From contig OX597821.1 of the NCBI GenBank assembly GCA_951406725.2, forward strand, positions 25,978,001-26,042,000: 64,000 nucleotides of DNA, written 5' to 3'. Numbering within the stretch: position 1 is the first letter of the stretch; the number at the start of each line of letters is the position of its first letter. Below are positions 49,661-62,156 of this stretch, one piece after another. The translations under genes and the position numbers were made by a program. The DNA comes from Octopus vulgaris. Lineage: Eukaryota. Below the pieces are notes generated by a model. It did no database searches. It was not told the DNA's origin and saw nothing but the letters and a program-made list of their open reading frames with translations.

Positions 49661-50700
49661 GTTTTCTTTTCTCTTTCTGTGTGTCTGTATTTAAATGTTA
49701 TAATTTAAAATGTAATCTGCTGAATAATTAATTGACTATAGAAATAAAGCGGCTTTTTTTTATACCTTTGATCTTTTTCGTGTTTCAGTTATTATTAGAC
49801 TGCGGCCATGCTAGGGCATCGCGTTCAAGAATTTTTAGTCGAATAAAAAAAAAAAAACACCAGTACTTGTTTCATTCTTTTTTTTTTTAAGCCTGATACT
49901 TATTCTATCGGTCTCTTTGCTGAACCGCTACGTCACGGGGACGTAAACACTCCAACACCAGTTGTCAAGCGGTGGTGGTGGGGACAGACAGACACACACA
50001 CACCTGACGGGCTTCTTTTAGTTTCTACCTCCAAATCCACACAAAAGGCTTTGGCCGAATAAATAAAATATATATATCCTCGGTATTTAATAGATCAATT
50101 GATAATACATCGACTAACTCCTGTACATTATTACAACACAGTAAACTTAAGTATTTACACACACACACACACACACACACAAGACTTTTATCTAATTAAA
50201 CTGACCTTATTAGCTGGAACGTGGGGTGAGCGAATCCAACGACAAATTCTTCAGTTGTGTAGCGGTGTTAAGAACGAATTCCTCCAAAGTAGAATGCAAA
50301 AACACTCGTAGAAGAGACAAGTGCTGGATTTGCGATTTTAACTTGAAGTTCTTTTACCTCAAAATAAATAAATATTGATTTCAAATTTTGGCACAAAGTC
50401 ACCAGTTTTAAGAAAGCGGTAAGTCGATTACTTCGACCCAAGTGTTATCACCCCCCCCCCAAAGGAAAAAGGGTGAAAGGTAATATCGACCTGGGCGGTA
50501 TTTGAACTCAGAACAAGAAGAAATACCAAAGAGCAGTTTGTCCAGTGACAATTCTGCCAGACTACCGCCTTAAATAAATGAATAAATTAATAACGAACTG
50601 CTAATTGTAAGAGCACAGAGGAAAAAGCCTGCATTCTACTTTCAAAAAGATTAATTGTGATTGGATTAGCTTTGATAAAACCAAATTGGCCTCTGTTTTG

Positions 50701-51136
50701 GGATCTTTTCGGTTTGAACAGCAGTTTTAACATAATTTCTAGGTAACTGAACACTTTTAAACTTCGTATACTAGTAGAATGTGCCTATAAAACATCTTTT
50801 TCTCTTGGCTTTATTGAGAAAATTCTATAGTTTGTAAGATATTTGTTGTTGTTTTTCTTCTTCAATTTCTGCAATTTCAACCAATCATTGACGTGTATTG
50901 AGGTAAAAACATTCTGTGCCGTATGAATATGTCCCTCGTTTAAGAAACAGATTGGGTTTATTTACATTTCTGAAGAAAAAAAGATACCCTTCCCTCCACC
51001 CCTAACCCTAACTAACCCAAACTAACCTTAACCCTAAAACAGATTGAAATGCAATAGATCGATACTAGGGTCATAATTATGGGTGACAATTTCATGATAC
51101 CGCTAGAAAAAACTGCCGTTCAAACCGAAAAGATCC
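50701..51136. mobile_element. GGATC-ended MITE
   Basis: TIRs. Degenerate TSD CTGTTTTG/CAGTCTTG. Confidence 0.9.
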
Positions 51137-51655
51137 CAGTCTTGTGCTGGAGAAGCTTTACGTAAGACAAACATTACACACATTATGATTTATCTTAGTG
51201 GTACGCTGCAAGGAGCATCTAGGATAGGCACGGGCGAGCTTTTTTGAGAAGCGGGCCGCATGAGACATGGCTAATCATCAGATCGGCCACACTACCAAAG
51301 AAAATTCAAGGTAAATTTTTATTTATTTATTTATTTTGTTAAGCGTTCCATTCAGAAACCAAAGGTTGCCCTTGCTTGATTTTGGGGCTCTGCAGATTTA
51401 TGAAAATATAATTTAAGGTTTTAGAAAATGTTTATGCTTGAGCCTCTTGATAAACATCGTTATTAATAATTTTGTTCCACACAAGTATAATGATACTGAC
51501 ACCATTAAACGGAGAATTCTTCTTCCTTCACTTCTGGAGGAATTGATGTCATCAGACAGTATCTAACGCTCAGGAGACGATGAGCAGTGGCGACCAGATT
51601 ACGGCTCATCTACTTTACCTTCTTCCCATATACATAGGATTCTTTTCAACACTAT

Positions 51656-52039
51656 GCATAAGGCCCGAAATTTTGGGGGATTGGGCCAGTCGATTAGATC
51701 GACTCCAGTACGCAACTGGTACTTAATTTATCGACCCCGAAAGGATGAAAGGCAAAGTCGACCTCGGCGGAATTTGAACTCAGAACGTAACGGCAGACGA
51801 AATACCTATTTGTTTATTGCCCACAAGGAACTAAACACAGAGGGAACAAACAAGGACAGACAAACGGATTAAGTCGATTACGTCGACCCCAGTGCGTAAC
51901 TGGTACTTATTTAATCGACCACGAAAGGATGAAAGGCAAAGTCGACCTCGGCGGAATTTGAACTCAGAACGTAACGGCAGACGAAATACCGCTAAGCATT
52001 TCGCCTGGCGTTCTAACATTTCTGCCAGCTCACCGCCTT
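51656..52039 (-). mobile_element. SINE family B (dimeric)
   Basis: Two cores plus head. Confidence 0.88.
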
Positions 52040-52804
52040 CCAGATACGGAGAATTGAAGAAATGATCCATATTAGACAAAACTGTGATCCAGTCTTGCTG
52101 ATTTAGCGTTTCATATACTTGACACCGTTACTTTAAGTTCACGCAGTGAAGTTGGAACATTTAGTTTCGGAGAAACAATTTGGTACGAGCTTTTGTCAAT
52201 ACATTTAGGTGATGCATTCGACAGACGATTCAGTAAAATTTTTGAAATGCTCTTGCTGTCTTTCCAGTATGGCATTTTTTTTTCGATGAAAGTAGGATTT
52301 TCACCCTCGTATTTAATTGGCACTGTTCCCATCTTTGTGTGACCAAAGAGCTTTCAAATATATTCGAAGAAATTTTCTTGGAAGAGTGATTCATTCTTAA
52401 ATCGACGATACTTGATGTCGCAAAAGAAAATCTTGACTCACATCAGAGACAGTAAGTAAGGCGATTGGTTTGCCGAAAACGATCGCATAACAAAAGCTTT
52501 AATTGCTGAGAGAAACGGAAAAGCTAAATTTGACAAAAGAAAATAATCCGAATTCCAAAGTCAAAGACAAGAGTTTATTGATAATTGCTAGCCTGGGGCT
52601 AAATAATACAACTCATCATCATCATCATCATCTTTATCATCATTTAATTACTACAGCTATTAGCAACACCGTCATGAAAATCACTTCATCCCCCACAACT
52701 CATCACCGCTGTCTGAACTACCGCAGCCACAGCAATTGCCATTGGTCATCTTAACTTCCACAGCCATTAACACAGACCCAACCCTCCACAAGCAACACTG
52801 ACCC

Positions 52805-52857
52805 TACTACTACTAACCACCACCGCCGCTGCCACTACTACTACTACTAACCACCGC

Positions 52858-52890
<33 letters not shown>

Positions 52891-53011
52891 TACCACCACT
52901 ACTACTACTACTACTCCCACTACTACTACTACCACCACCACCACCACCAGCACTACTACTACTACTACCACAACTACTACTACTACTACCACCACCACCA
53001 CAACAACAACA

Positions 53012-53050
<39 letters not shown>

Positions 53051-53117
53051 GCTACTACTACTACTACCACCACAACTACTACCACCACCAAACACCACCA
53101 CCACCACCACCACCACC

Positions 53118-53172
<55 letters not shown>

Positions 53173-53352
53173 TTGTCATAACCAATTTTTCCACTACCAT
53201 TACCGTCTTCGTAACCACCAGTAACATCATGACCATCGCTGTCACCACCGCCACCACGGCTGCCTCCACCATCACCACTTCCACCACCACCACCGTCATA
53301 CCTATCGCTGCCACAACGACCACTATTAATACCACCACCGTTACCACAACAA
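52805..53352. repeat. (ACT)n/(ACC)n trinucleotide array
   Basis: Direct reading. Confidence 0.95.
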
Positions 53353-53661
53353 CCTGATATTATCGGTGTTGTTGCCGGTGTTGGTGACTGTTGTGGTTTT
53401 GGTGATGGTGGTGACCTATTGATGTTGTTTTAATCCCCGGCCAGCTCCTTATCGAGATGACTTTGCTCAATGGTGCTTCGGTGATGGCCATCCCAACTTT
53501 TCATATATCAGGAACAAAGCACGTCTTCTCTTTTTCAGGACGGTCGGCTGTGACTGAGGAAGATGGCAACCGCGTACAAGCTTCCTCGTGGCATCCAAGA
53601 ATTTGAACCTGGAGATCTCCATTTCTAACGACTTCGAGGGCCACCTCCCAGTGGTGTCGGG

Positions 53662-53930
53662 TATCTAATTTATTGATCCCGAAAGGCTGAAAGGCAAAGT
53701 CGACCTCGCCGGAATTTCAACTCAGAACGTAAAGACAGACGAAGTACCTACTTCTTTACTACATACAAGGGGCTAAACGCAGAGGGGACAAACAAGGACA
53801 GACAAACGGATTAAGTCGATTACGTCGACTCCAGTGCGTAACTGGTACTTATTTAATCGACCCCGATAGGATGAAAGGCAAAGTTGACCTCGGCGGAATT
53901 TGAACTCAGATCGTAGCGGCAGACGAAATA
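53662..53930 (-). mobile_element. SINE family B, partial dimer
   Basis: Two cores. Confidence 0.8.
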
Positions 53931-54543
53931 CAAGACGACCAAAGTTTTTTTTTTTCCCCCCAAGGTCTGGGGTCTCCCGCAGCTAAGCCCTAGACCATCA
54001 CCTAATCACCCTTACCCATCTTGTTGCTTAACAACAACAACAACAAAAGCTTCCTCGTTGTTGTTTTTGTTGTATTTTAGCTGCCATGTTAGCCCTGATC
54101 AAGCAGACCTATGATCAAAGGCAATCCAGCTGTAGCTATCTGGTCTTGGCGATGCTTCGGTATAGGTACACACGTGACTTTGTTTACATTTCTGAAGATA
54201 ACAGAAACCCTTCACCCCTAATCATAACCCTCCCCCATATAAAAAAAACACACTTTCTTGAAATGTATCCGGTACTTCCGGTACTTACACCGGTACATAT
54301 ACCGAAGTTACGCCCTGGTCTTTTCCCTTTGTACAGAAACAGAAGCTTACATTATGCGGCGTATCCTTTGTTAAAACGACAGGGAGTTGTGATTTGAGAC
54401 AGATTTGACTAACTTTTCTAGCAACCGAGCGACCACATGTGGATTCCCTTGTAGGTTGGGATGGTTATAGCGACGAAGGTGGTTATGGTGACGTTGGTAT
54501 TGATATGTTGAGAGTCGTTTTGAAAGTGATATTTCACAACATA

Positions 54544-54760
54544 CGAGGATGTGCTGAAAAGTTCCTGGCTTTAAGGGTATCATGGAAGGCCTAGTTGGAG
54601 GCCTAACCTTTCCGAGTTCTTTTACAGGGCTTAGAAAAACTGAAGGACCGCTGCAATAAGTGTGTGCATCTGAGAGGGGAATATGTTGAATAAAATCATA
54701 ATTAACTGATCCTCCAACATTTTCGTTTCACCAAAACCAGAAACTTTTCAGGACCCTCGT
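54544..54760. mobile_element. Mariner-type MITE
   Basis: TA|CGAGGATGTGCTGAAAAGTTCCTGG...CCAGAAACTTTTCAGGACCCTCG|T. Confidence 0.8.
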
Positions 54761-54818
54761 GTGTGTGTGTGTGTGTGTATACTACCATAACTATCACAGC
54801 TGCTACAATCAATATTTT

Positions 54819-55140
54819 GTACGTATGTATGTATGTGTGTGTGTATGTATGTATGTATGTATGTATGTATGTATGTATGTATGTATGTATGTGTGTGTGT
54901 ATGTATGATGTATGTATGTTTGTATGTATGTATGTATGTATGTATGTATGTACGTATGTATGTGTGTGTATATGTGTGTGTATGCATGTATGTATGTATG
55001 TATGTATGTGTGTATGTATGTGTGTATGTATGTGTGTGTGTATGTGTGTGTGTATGTATGTGTGTATGTATTTATGTATGTATGTATGTGTGTATGTATT
55101 TATGTATGTATGTATGTATGTATGTGTGTGTGTGTGTGTA
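54819..55140. repeat. (TATG)n/(TG)n microsatellite
   Basis: Direct reading. Runs into a SINE A 3' half at about 55140-55355. Confidence 0.95.
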
Positions 55141-55529
55141 TCTATGTGTTTGTGTTTGTCCCCACTACCGCTTGACAACTGGTGTTGGTTTGTTTATGTT
55201 CCCGTAACTTAGCGGTTCGGTAAAAGGATTCTGAAAGAATAAATACGTATCAGGTTTTAAAAAGAAAAGTCCTGGGGTTGATTTGCTCGACCAAAGCACT
55301 CCAAGGCAGTGCCGCCGCCGCATGTCTGCAGTCCAATGACTGAAACAGGTAAACGATAAACAGACGAAGGATAGTCTTTATCAGTTTGTCAAGATTAAGA
55401 GCGTGTGGCGGATAAGCTGGTGCGAGACCCTGGACACACAGCACTTTTGTGTGACACTAGAGAGAAACATTAACAATACCGAGGTGAAAGATGTGAAAAT
55501 AACAGAGGTAAACATTGGACACAAATATT

Positions 55530-55944
55530 GGATCTTTTCGGTTTGAACGGCAGTTTTTTCTAGCAGTGTCATATGAAATTGTCACCCATAATTATGACCC
55601 TAGTATCGATCTATTGCATTTCAATCTGTTTTAGGGTTAGGGGTGGGGGAAAGGGTATCTTTTTTTCTTCACAAATGTAAATAAACCCAATCTATTTCTT
55701 AAACGAGGGACATATTCATACGGCACAGAATGTTTTTTTTACCTCAATAGACGTTATTGATTGGCTGAAATTGCAGAAATTGAAGAAAAAAACAACAACA
55801 GATATCTTACAAACTATAGAATTTTCTCAATAAAGCCAAGAGAAAAAGATGTTTTATAAACACATTCTACCAGTAAACGAAGTTTAAAATTTTTTAGTTA
55901 CCTAGAAATTATGCTAAAAACTGCCGTTCAAACCGAAAAGATCC
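55530..55944. mobile_element. GGATC-ended MITE, 8-bp TSD CAAATATT
   Basis: TIRs and perfect TSD. Confidence 0.93.
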
Positions 55945-56600
55945 CAAATATTTATTACTCCATAATGTATCCTTAATAATGTGACAGTATCTCAATGATG
56001 ATGACGACGAGGAAGCGAAGTGGGATATCAATGAAAAGACATATCGCCAGATAAATATATTTTCCGATCACAATTCATTTCCTTGCCAGTCCACATTTAA
56101 ATTTGCTTAGTTCATTAATCTGTGAAATATTAAAAATTTAATTAAAATATCAGTCTTATACAAGTGAATAAGAAAAAATTAATAAATCTATGTAAAAGAG
56201 CAACGATTTTAAAATCAAATCCTCTATTAATGGAGATATTTATGGATGGTAGCCATACTCATAAATTGTGGCTTTGTCAAGTTACTTCTACTAAATATAG
56301 GTTGAAAAAACAAACTATATATAGTTGCTACGTTTGCAACAAAAGGGTACTTTAAAGTTCAGTGAAATATAGTTATGATATTAAAGGAACATCTTACCGA
56401 CAACACTGAACAATCTCAGGATCTGAAATAGCTACAGTGAAATTAAAGCTATATCTTCGCTTTAAAACGAGTATTTATTGACGAAAATACTCTGACATGC
56501 CGGTATGATAAATGGATGTAACATTTTGTATTCTTATCAAATAAATCTATTCGACCTAAAGTGAAGAGGCAATACTTTTATGCCTAAAAATCTAAACTGG

Positions 56601-56690
56601 TATACATGCATACATACATGCATGCATGCACACATACATACATGCATACATACATACATACATAAATACATACATACATACATACATACA

Positions 56691-56721
<31 letters not shown>

Positions 56722-56983
56722 GTACATACATACATCCATACATATGTACATACATACATACATACATACATACGTACATACATACATACATACATGCATA
56801 CATACATACATACATACATACATACGTACATACATACATACATACATACATACATACGTACATACATACATGCATACATGCATACATACATGCATGCATA
56901 CATACATACATACATACATACATACATACATACACACATACATACATACATACATACATACATACATACATACATACATACAT
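56601..56983. repeat. (TACA)n microsatellite
   Basis: Direct reading. Confidence 0.95.
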
Positions 56984-57318
56984 TATTAAGGTGGTTATTC
57001 GCAATTTACTACCGAAAGGTACCAAGTATTGTTGTCCCTAAAGAGACTGAGGTTGCTAGTCAACACCAGCATTGCTAGAAATAAGAGTCAAAACAACTCA
57101 TAGCCACATGAGAGCACTTTTCTAATGATCCACAAGAGAGACAAGCTTTCTACAGCAAACGAGATGGAGTCAGATATCAGCGTTGATTTCAGATTTGATT
57201 AATCTTCATCAGTGACCCATTTAATCGTTGCCGAGAGTTAAAGAACCTGACATACCTTGTCGGTCTTATAGAGAACAGATATATAAAGGTAAGGTCCAAC
57301 GATCATGGTGTAGGAAGT

Positions 57319-57711
57319 GGATCTTTTCGGTTTGAACGGCAGTTTTTTCTAGCGGTGTCATATGAAATTGTCACCCATAATTATGACCCTAGTATCGATC
57401 TATTGCATTACAATCTGTTTTAGGGTTAGGGGTAGGGTATCTTTTTTTCTTCACAAATGTAAAAAAACCCAATCTGTTTCTTAAACGAGGGACATATTCA
57501 TGTTTTTTACCTCAATACACGTCAGTGATTGGTTGAAATTGCAGAAATTGAAGAAAAAACAACAACAAACATCTTACAAACCCTAGAATTTTCTCAATAA
57601 AGCCAAGAGAAAAAGATGTTTTATAAACACATTCTACCAGTATACAAAGTTTAAAATTTTTTAGTTACCTAGAAATTATGCTAAAAACTGCCGTTCAAAC
57701 CGAAAAGATCC
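57319..57711. mobile_element. GGATC-ended MITE without matching TSD
   Basis: Intact TIRs. Flanks are TAGGAAGT and CACATAAT. Confidence 0.9.
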
Positions 57712-57998
57712 CACATAATTAAGGTATCCTTGTCATGAAGACTAGATCGTTTGGAGAATTTACTGCTTCTGAGGTCCCGCTAGCTGTGAAACATGTAGCC
57801 TGGATTTTATCAACTTCATTCCCTAATTTTTGAAAACACAAACACACACACTGTGGGGTGCAAAAGTTGGTATATAGTAAGTATCATATCAATGTTATAA
57901 TACTTAATTTATTAAAATTAAATTAGTTAGACTCATTTTTGATATTTTCAGTGTCATTAATCATAATAATAAATTTATCATAACCGTAATAATACTTT

Positions 57999-58391
57999 TG
58001 TGGTAAGTAGCTTGCTAACCAAAGACATGGTTCCGAGTTCAGTCCCACTGCATGGCATCTTGGGCAAGTGTCTTCTGCTATAGCCCCGGGCCGACCAATG
58101 CCTTGTGAGTGGATTTGGTAGACGGAAACTGAAAGAAGCCTGTCGTATATATGTACACTTATATATATGTATGTGTGTGTGTTTGTGTGTCTGTGTTCGT
58201 CCCCCTAGCATTGCTTGACAACCGATGCTGGTGTGTTTGCGTCCCCGTAACTTAGCGGTTCGGCAAAAGCGACCGATAGAATAAGTACTGGGCTTACAAA
58301 GAATAAGTCCCGGGGTCGATTTGCTCGACTGAGGGCGGTGCTCCAGCATGGCCGCAGTCAAATGACTGAAACAAGTAAAAGAGTAAAGAGT
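57999..58391 (+). mobile_element. SINE family A
   Basis: Near full-length copy. Confidence 0.9.
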
Positions 58392-58486
58392 AATTTTGTT
58401 TTGATAAAAATAAATAAGAATTGTACGTGTTTTCTTTTTTCATAACTGCATACCTACATTTGTACCACCCCGTATACATATGTATG

Positions 58487-58536
<50 letters not shown>

Positions 58537-58694
58537 AAGTTGTGAGTGTAACCCTCTATGGGATAATATATATCCAATATACTGCCAGTAAAGCACCCAG
58601 AAATGCTAATACATAAATGCTTATAATTGCAATGCAATTAATTCATTTATTGTATGATATGGGCGAAAGTAAAATGTTTTACCTCAAATTCATA

Positions 58695-58815
58695 ATACAA
58701 AATAAGAAAATGGAGGAATATATTTTAATCAGTCATCAACTACCAGATAATACCAGGTATTATCTGGTAGTTGATGGTTGATTAAAATATATTCCTCCAT
58801 TTTCTTATTTTGTAT
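58695..58815. repeat. 121-bp near-perfect palindrome
   Basis: 60-bp arms, 1-nt spacer, two adjacent mismatches. Confidence 0.95.
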
Positions 58816-59014
58816 ATATATATATATATATATACAAAATGGGACACCAAAACATCCAGATAAACAAAGACGGGTCATTCGAAGTTTTCTTTCCTCAGTC
58901 AAGTACCAGATTATCTTCGCAATTTCGGCTGATTATACTTGAGATTGTTCCAATATGGCCAGCCCCAAGGAAAAACTAAGCTAAGAGCATTAGATTCCTT
59001 GGAAGAAAGCAGCG

Positions 59015-59045
<31 letters not shown>

Positions 59046-59156
59046 CATACATACATACATACATACATAAAAACCGGTATTTCGGAGAGCCTAGCCACAG
59101 TACGGGGAATGATTATTAAAGACATCCTCATTTGCTGATAGGTAAGAAATCATATA

Positions 59157-59193
<37 letters not shown>

Positions 59194-59338
59194 GCAGTTT
59201 CTTTGTGCCTGAAGAGCATGAGGAAAAGCGGCAAGCCATTGGAGTGGCTATTTAAACCGATCTTTGAACAAGCTCTGGCGCACTTGGGGCAAATATATAT
59301 ATTTCTTTATTACCCACAATACTAACAACACTAACAGT

Positions 59339-59530
59339 GATTTCAAATTTTGGTACAAGGCCAGCAATTTTAGGGAAGAGGCATAGGTCGATTACATCGA
59401 CCCCAGTGCTCAACTGGTACTTATTGTAATGACTCCGAAAGGATGAAAGGCAAGGTCGAACTTGGCGAAACTTGAACTCAGAACGTAAAGACGGACGAAA
59501 TAGCGCTATGCATTTTGTCCGGCGTGCCTT
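59339..59530 (-). mobile_element. SINE family B monomer
   Basis: Single core. Confidence 0.8.
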
Positions 59531-60508
59531 AAACAACAACACTAACATTACCATTAACCCGCCCCCACCCAGTGTTTGATTTTTAACCAATAAAGGAAAA
59601 AAAACTATAATCAGTGATTGGTGATGGTCATTGTAGTCTTGGGTAGAAAATGAATACTAATTACATGTAGAATGCCAAATTCTAAGATTTGCAGGAAAGA
59701 ATAAATTCAGAGTATTATCACATTTTCAACGATATGTAATAATATTCTTAGCAATGAAAACTTGCAAGAGAGAATTTAAACAATTATATTTATTTGAATG
59801 AATGTTTTGTCTTTTGCAGACAAATATTTTACTATTGAGGAAAACAAATATTAAAATAAATAAAATAAAAATAAAAAAGATAAAAAATGTTTATTCAATG
59901 TGAGATGCACAGGCTTCTCACCAAAAAATGAATTTTCTTTCGGAATCAAGCAAATGGAATTACTGTGAAATAATGGATAGAAATATGCGGTGAGAATATA
60001 GTAACGTAGCGAAAGTCATGAAAATTAGTTGTGTTCGATGTGTAGCTGGAGAGAACCTGGGGATCCCTACACAAATGTGCCCCGGATGCCAACCCTGTTT
60101 CCTCGAAGAGTAACTTGCAGAAAATGGATCAAGCTTTTAATGAAATTTTCTGTGGCAAAGAAGCTTGCTTCCAACCACATGGTTCCAGGTTCAGTCCCAC
60201 TGCGCCACACCTTGGACAAGTGTCTTCTACTATAGTCTTGGACCGGCCAAAACGCTGTGAGTGGATTCGGTTGACGGAAACTGAATTTGTGTGTGTGTGT
60301 ATCCTCGTGTCTGTGTTGGACGTGAGGGTGAGGATACACCCTTGTGTATGTATGCTGACACAATCTCCTTCAAAACACTAAGGCGTCTGTATTGCACCGT
60401 CAATACACTGTGTTACAGGACAACATCTCTGAGCAATTGGAGGTCAAGAAGAATAGGAGTGTAGTCGACTAGGAGGGCTGTTATAGATTATTATAATTTG
60501 GATTAGAG

Positions 60509-60786
60509 CAGTGGTTCTCAACTATTTTTTTCCTATAGACCCCTTTGGTTCCTAATTTATCCTCCTGGACCTCCATAGCCATTCAGTGTATAAAAAAAAT
60601 CCGACTGTATTTTTATAATTAAATATTAGGAACAGAATAAAAGAAAATTAATTACTTTGTGTGTTGTAGAAATTTATAAGAAATTGTATAAAAAATGTAT
60701 AAGAAATTTATTGCGCATAAATTTTAACAAAAAAATCTTATATCAATCCTCACAAGTACCATATGAAACCCAGCTGAGAACCATTG
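60509..60786. mobile_element. hAT (Charlie-like) MITE
   Basis: CAGTGGTTCTCA...TGAGAACCATTG TIRs. Degenerate 8-bp TSD GATTAGAG/GCTTAGAA. Confidence 0.75.
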
Positions 60787-60960
60787 GCTTAGAAGCACAG
60801 GCATTGCTGTGTAAGAAGTTTGCTTCCCAACCGTATGCTCTTGGGTTCAATCCCGTTGTGCATTACTTTGAGCAAATGTCTTCTACTATACTCTCGTACC
60901 GATCACAGCCTTGTACGTGGATTTGGTAGACGGAAACTGAAAGACGCCTGTCGTGTGTAT

Positions 60961-61484
60961 ACTCTTTCACTTGTTTCAGTCATTTGACTGTGGCCATGCT
61001 GGAGCACCACCTTTAGTCGAGCAAATCGACCCAAGGACTTATTCTTTGTAAGCCTAGTACTTATTCTATCGGTCTCTTTTGCCGAACCGCTAAGTTACGG
61101 GGACGTAAACACACCAACATCAGTTGTCAAGCGATGTTGGGAGGACAAACACAGACGCACACACACACACACACATACATATATACGACGGGCTTCTTTC
61201 AGTTTCCGTCTACCAAATTAACTCACAAGGTTTTGGTCTGTCCAAGGCTATAGTAGAAGACACTTGCCCAAGGTGCCACGTAGTGGGACTGAACACACAC
61301 ACACACACACACATACATATATACGACGGGCTTCTTTCAGTTTCTGTCTACCAAATCAACTCACAAGGTTTTGGTCTGTCCAAGGACATAGTAGAATTAA
61401 TTGCCCAAGGTGCCACGTAGTGGGACTGAACCCTGGACCATGTGGTCGGTAAACAAGCTTCTTACCATACAGCCACTCCTACGC

Positions 61485-61486
<2 letters not shown>
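60961..61486 (-). mobile_element. SINE family A with internal tandem duplication
   Basis: About 61160-61292 is repeated at about 61293-61430. Confidence 0.88.
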
Positions 61487-61562
<76 letters not shown>

Positions 61563-61566
<4 letters not shown>

Positions 61567-61870
61567 CTTTTTTTCCGTTGAGGGCTTATGTGCCCTAATA
61601 TTACATTATTTTCTATAGCCATTACACGGTGATTGCTTATAAGCTTCAAGTTTATGAAATATTATTTCGGGGTTTTTCCACGAGTAACCTTCAAAGCGCC
61701 TCCCCTATAGGAAGTTTTTACTTGTTATATTGTTATTTTCGTTATGAAATGTTTATACGGACTTTTTTTTTTTTGCAAAACCCTTTGTTTATCGTCTTGC
61801 GTTGTCCCTTAATGTTTTGATATATATTCGCCCTTGTGGCCAATAAAAAGAATGAATTATTATTATTATT
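61563..61870 (+). mobile_element. L1/Tx1-like 3' UTR stub
   Basis: Homologous to 46905-47118, (TTA)n tail. Confidence 0.7.
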
Positions 61871-62156
61871 TACAGAATTGTAAAAACCGACATTGCTTTC
61901 CAAATATGCTCACACATTATATAAGTGTGTGTGCTGTGTTTGTCCTCCAACACCATTTGGTAACCGGAGTTCGTTTGTTTATGTTCCTGTTACTTAGTGG
62001 TTCAGCAAGACATTCCGACAGAATAAATTTCAGACTCAGAAAATAAGTACTATGGTCAACTTGTCCGACTCAACCTTTCAAGGCAGTGCACCAGCATGGC
62101 CGCAGTCCGATGACCGAAGGAAGCGCGCACGCACGCACGCACACACGCGCGTGCTT

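Noticed and set aside
662-61452. Recurrent ORFs such as MSSNARGTNTDTQT...CPRCHAVGLNPEPCGW that look like a gene family
   Set aside because: They are antisense translations of SINE family A.
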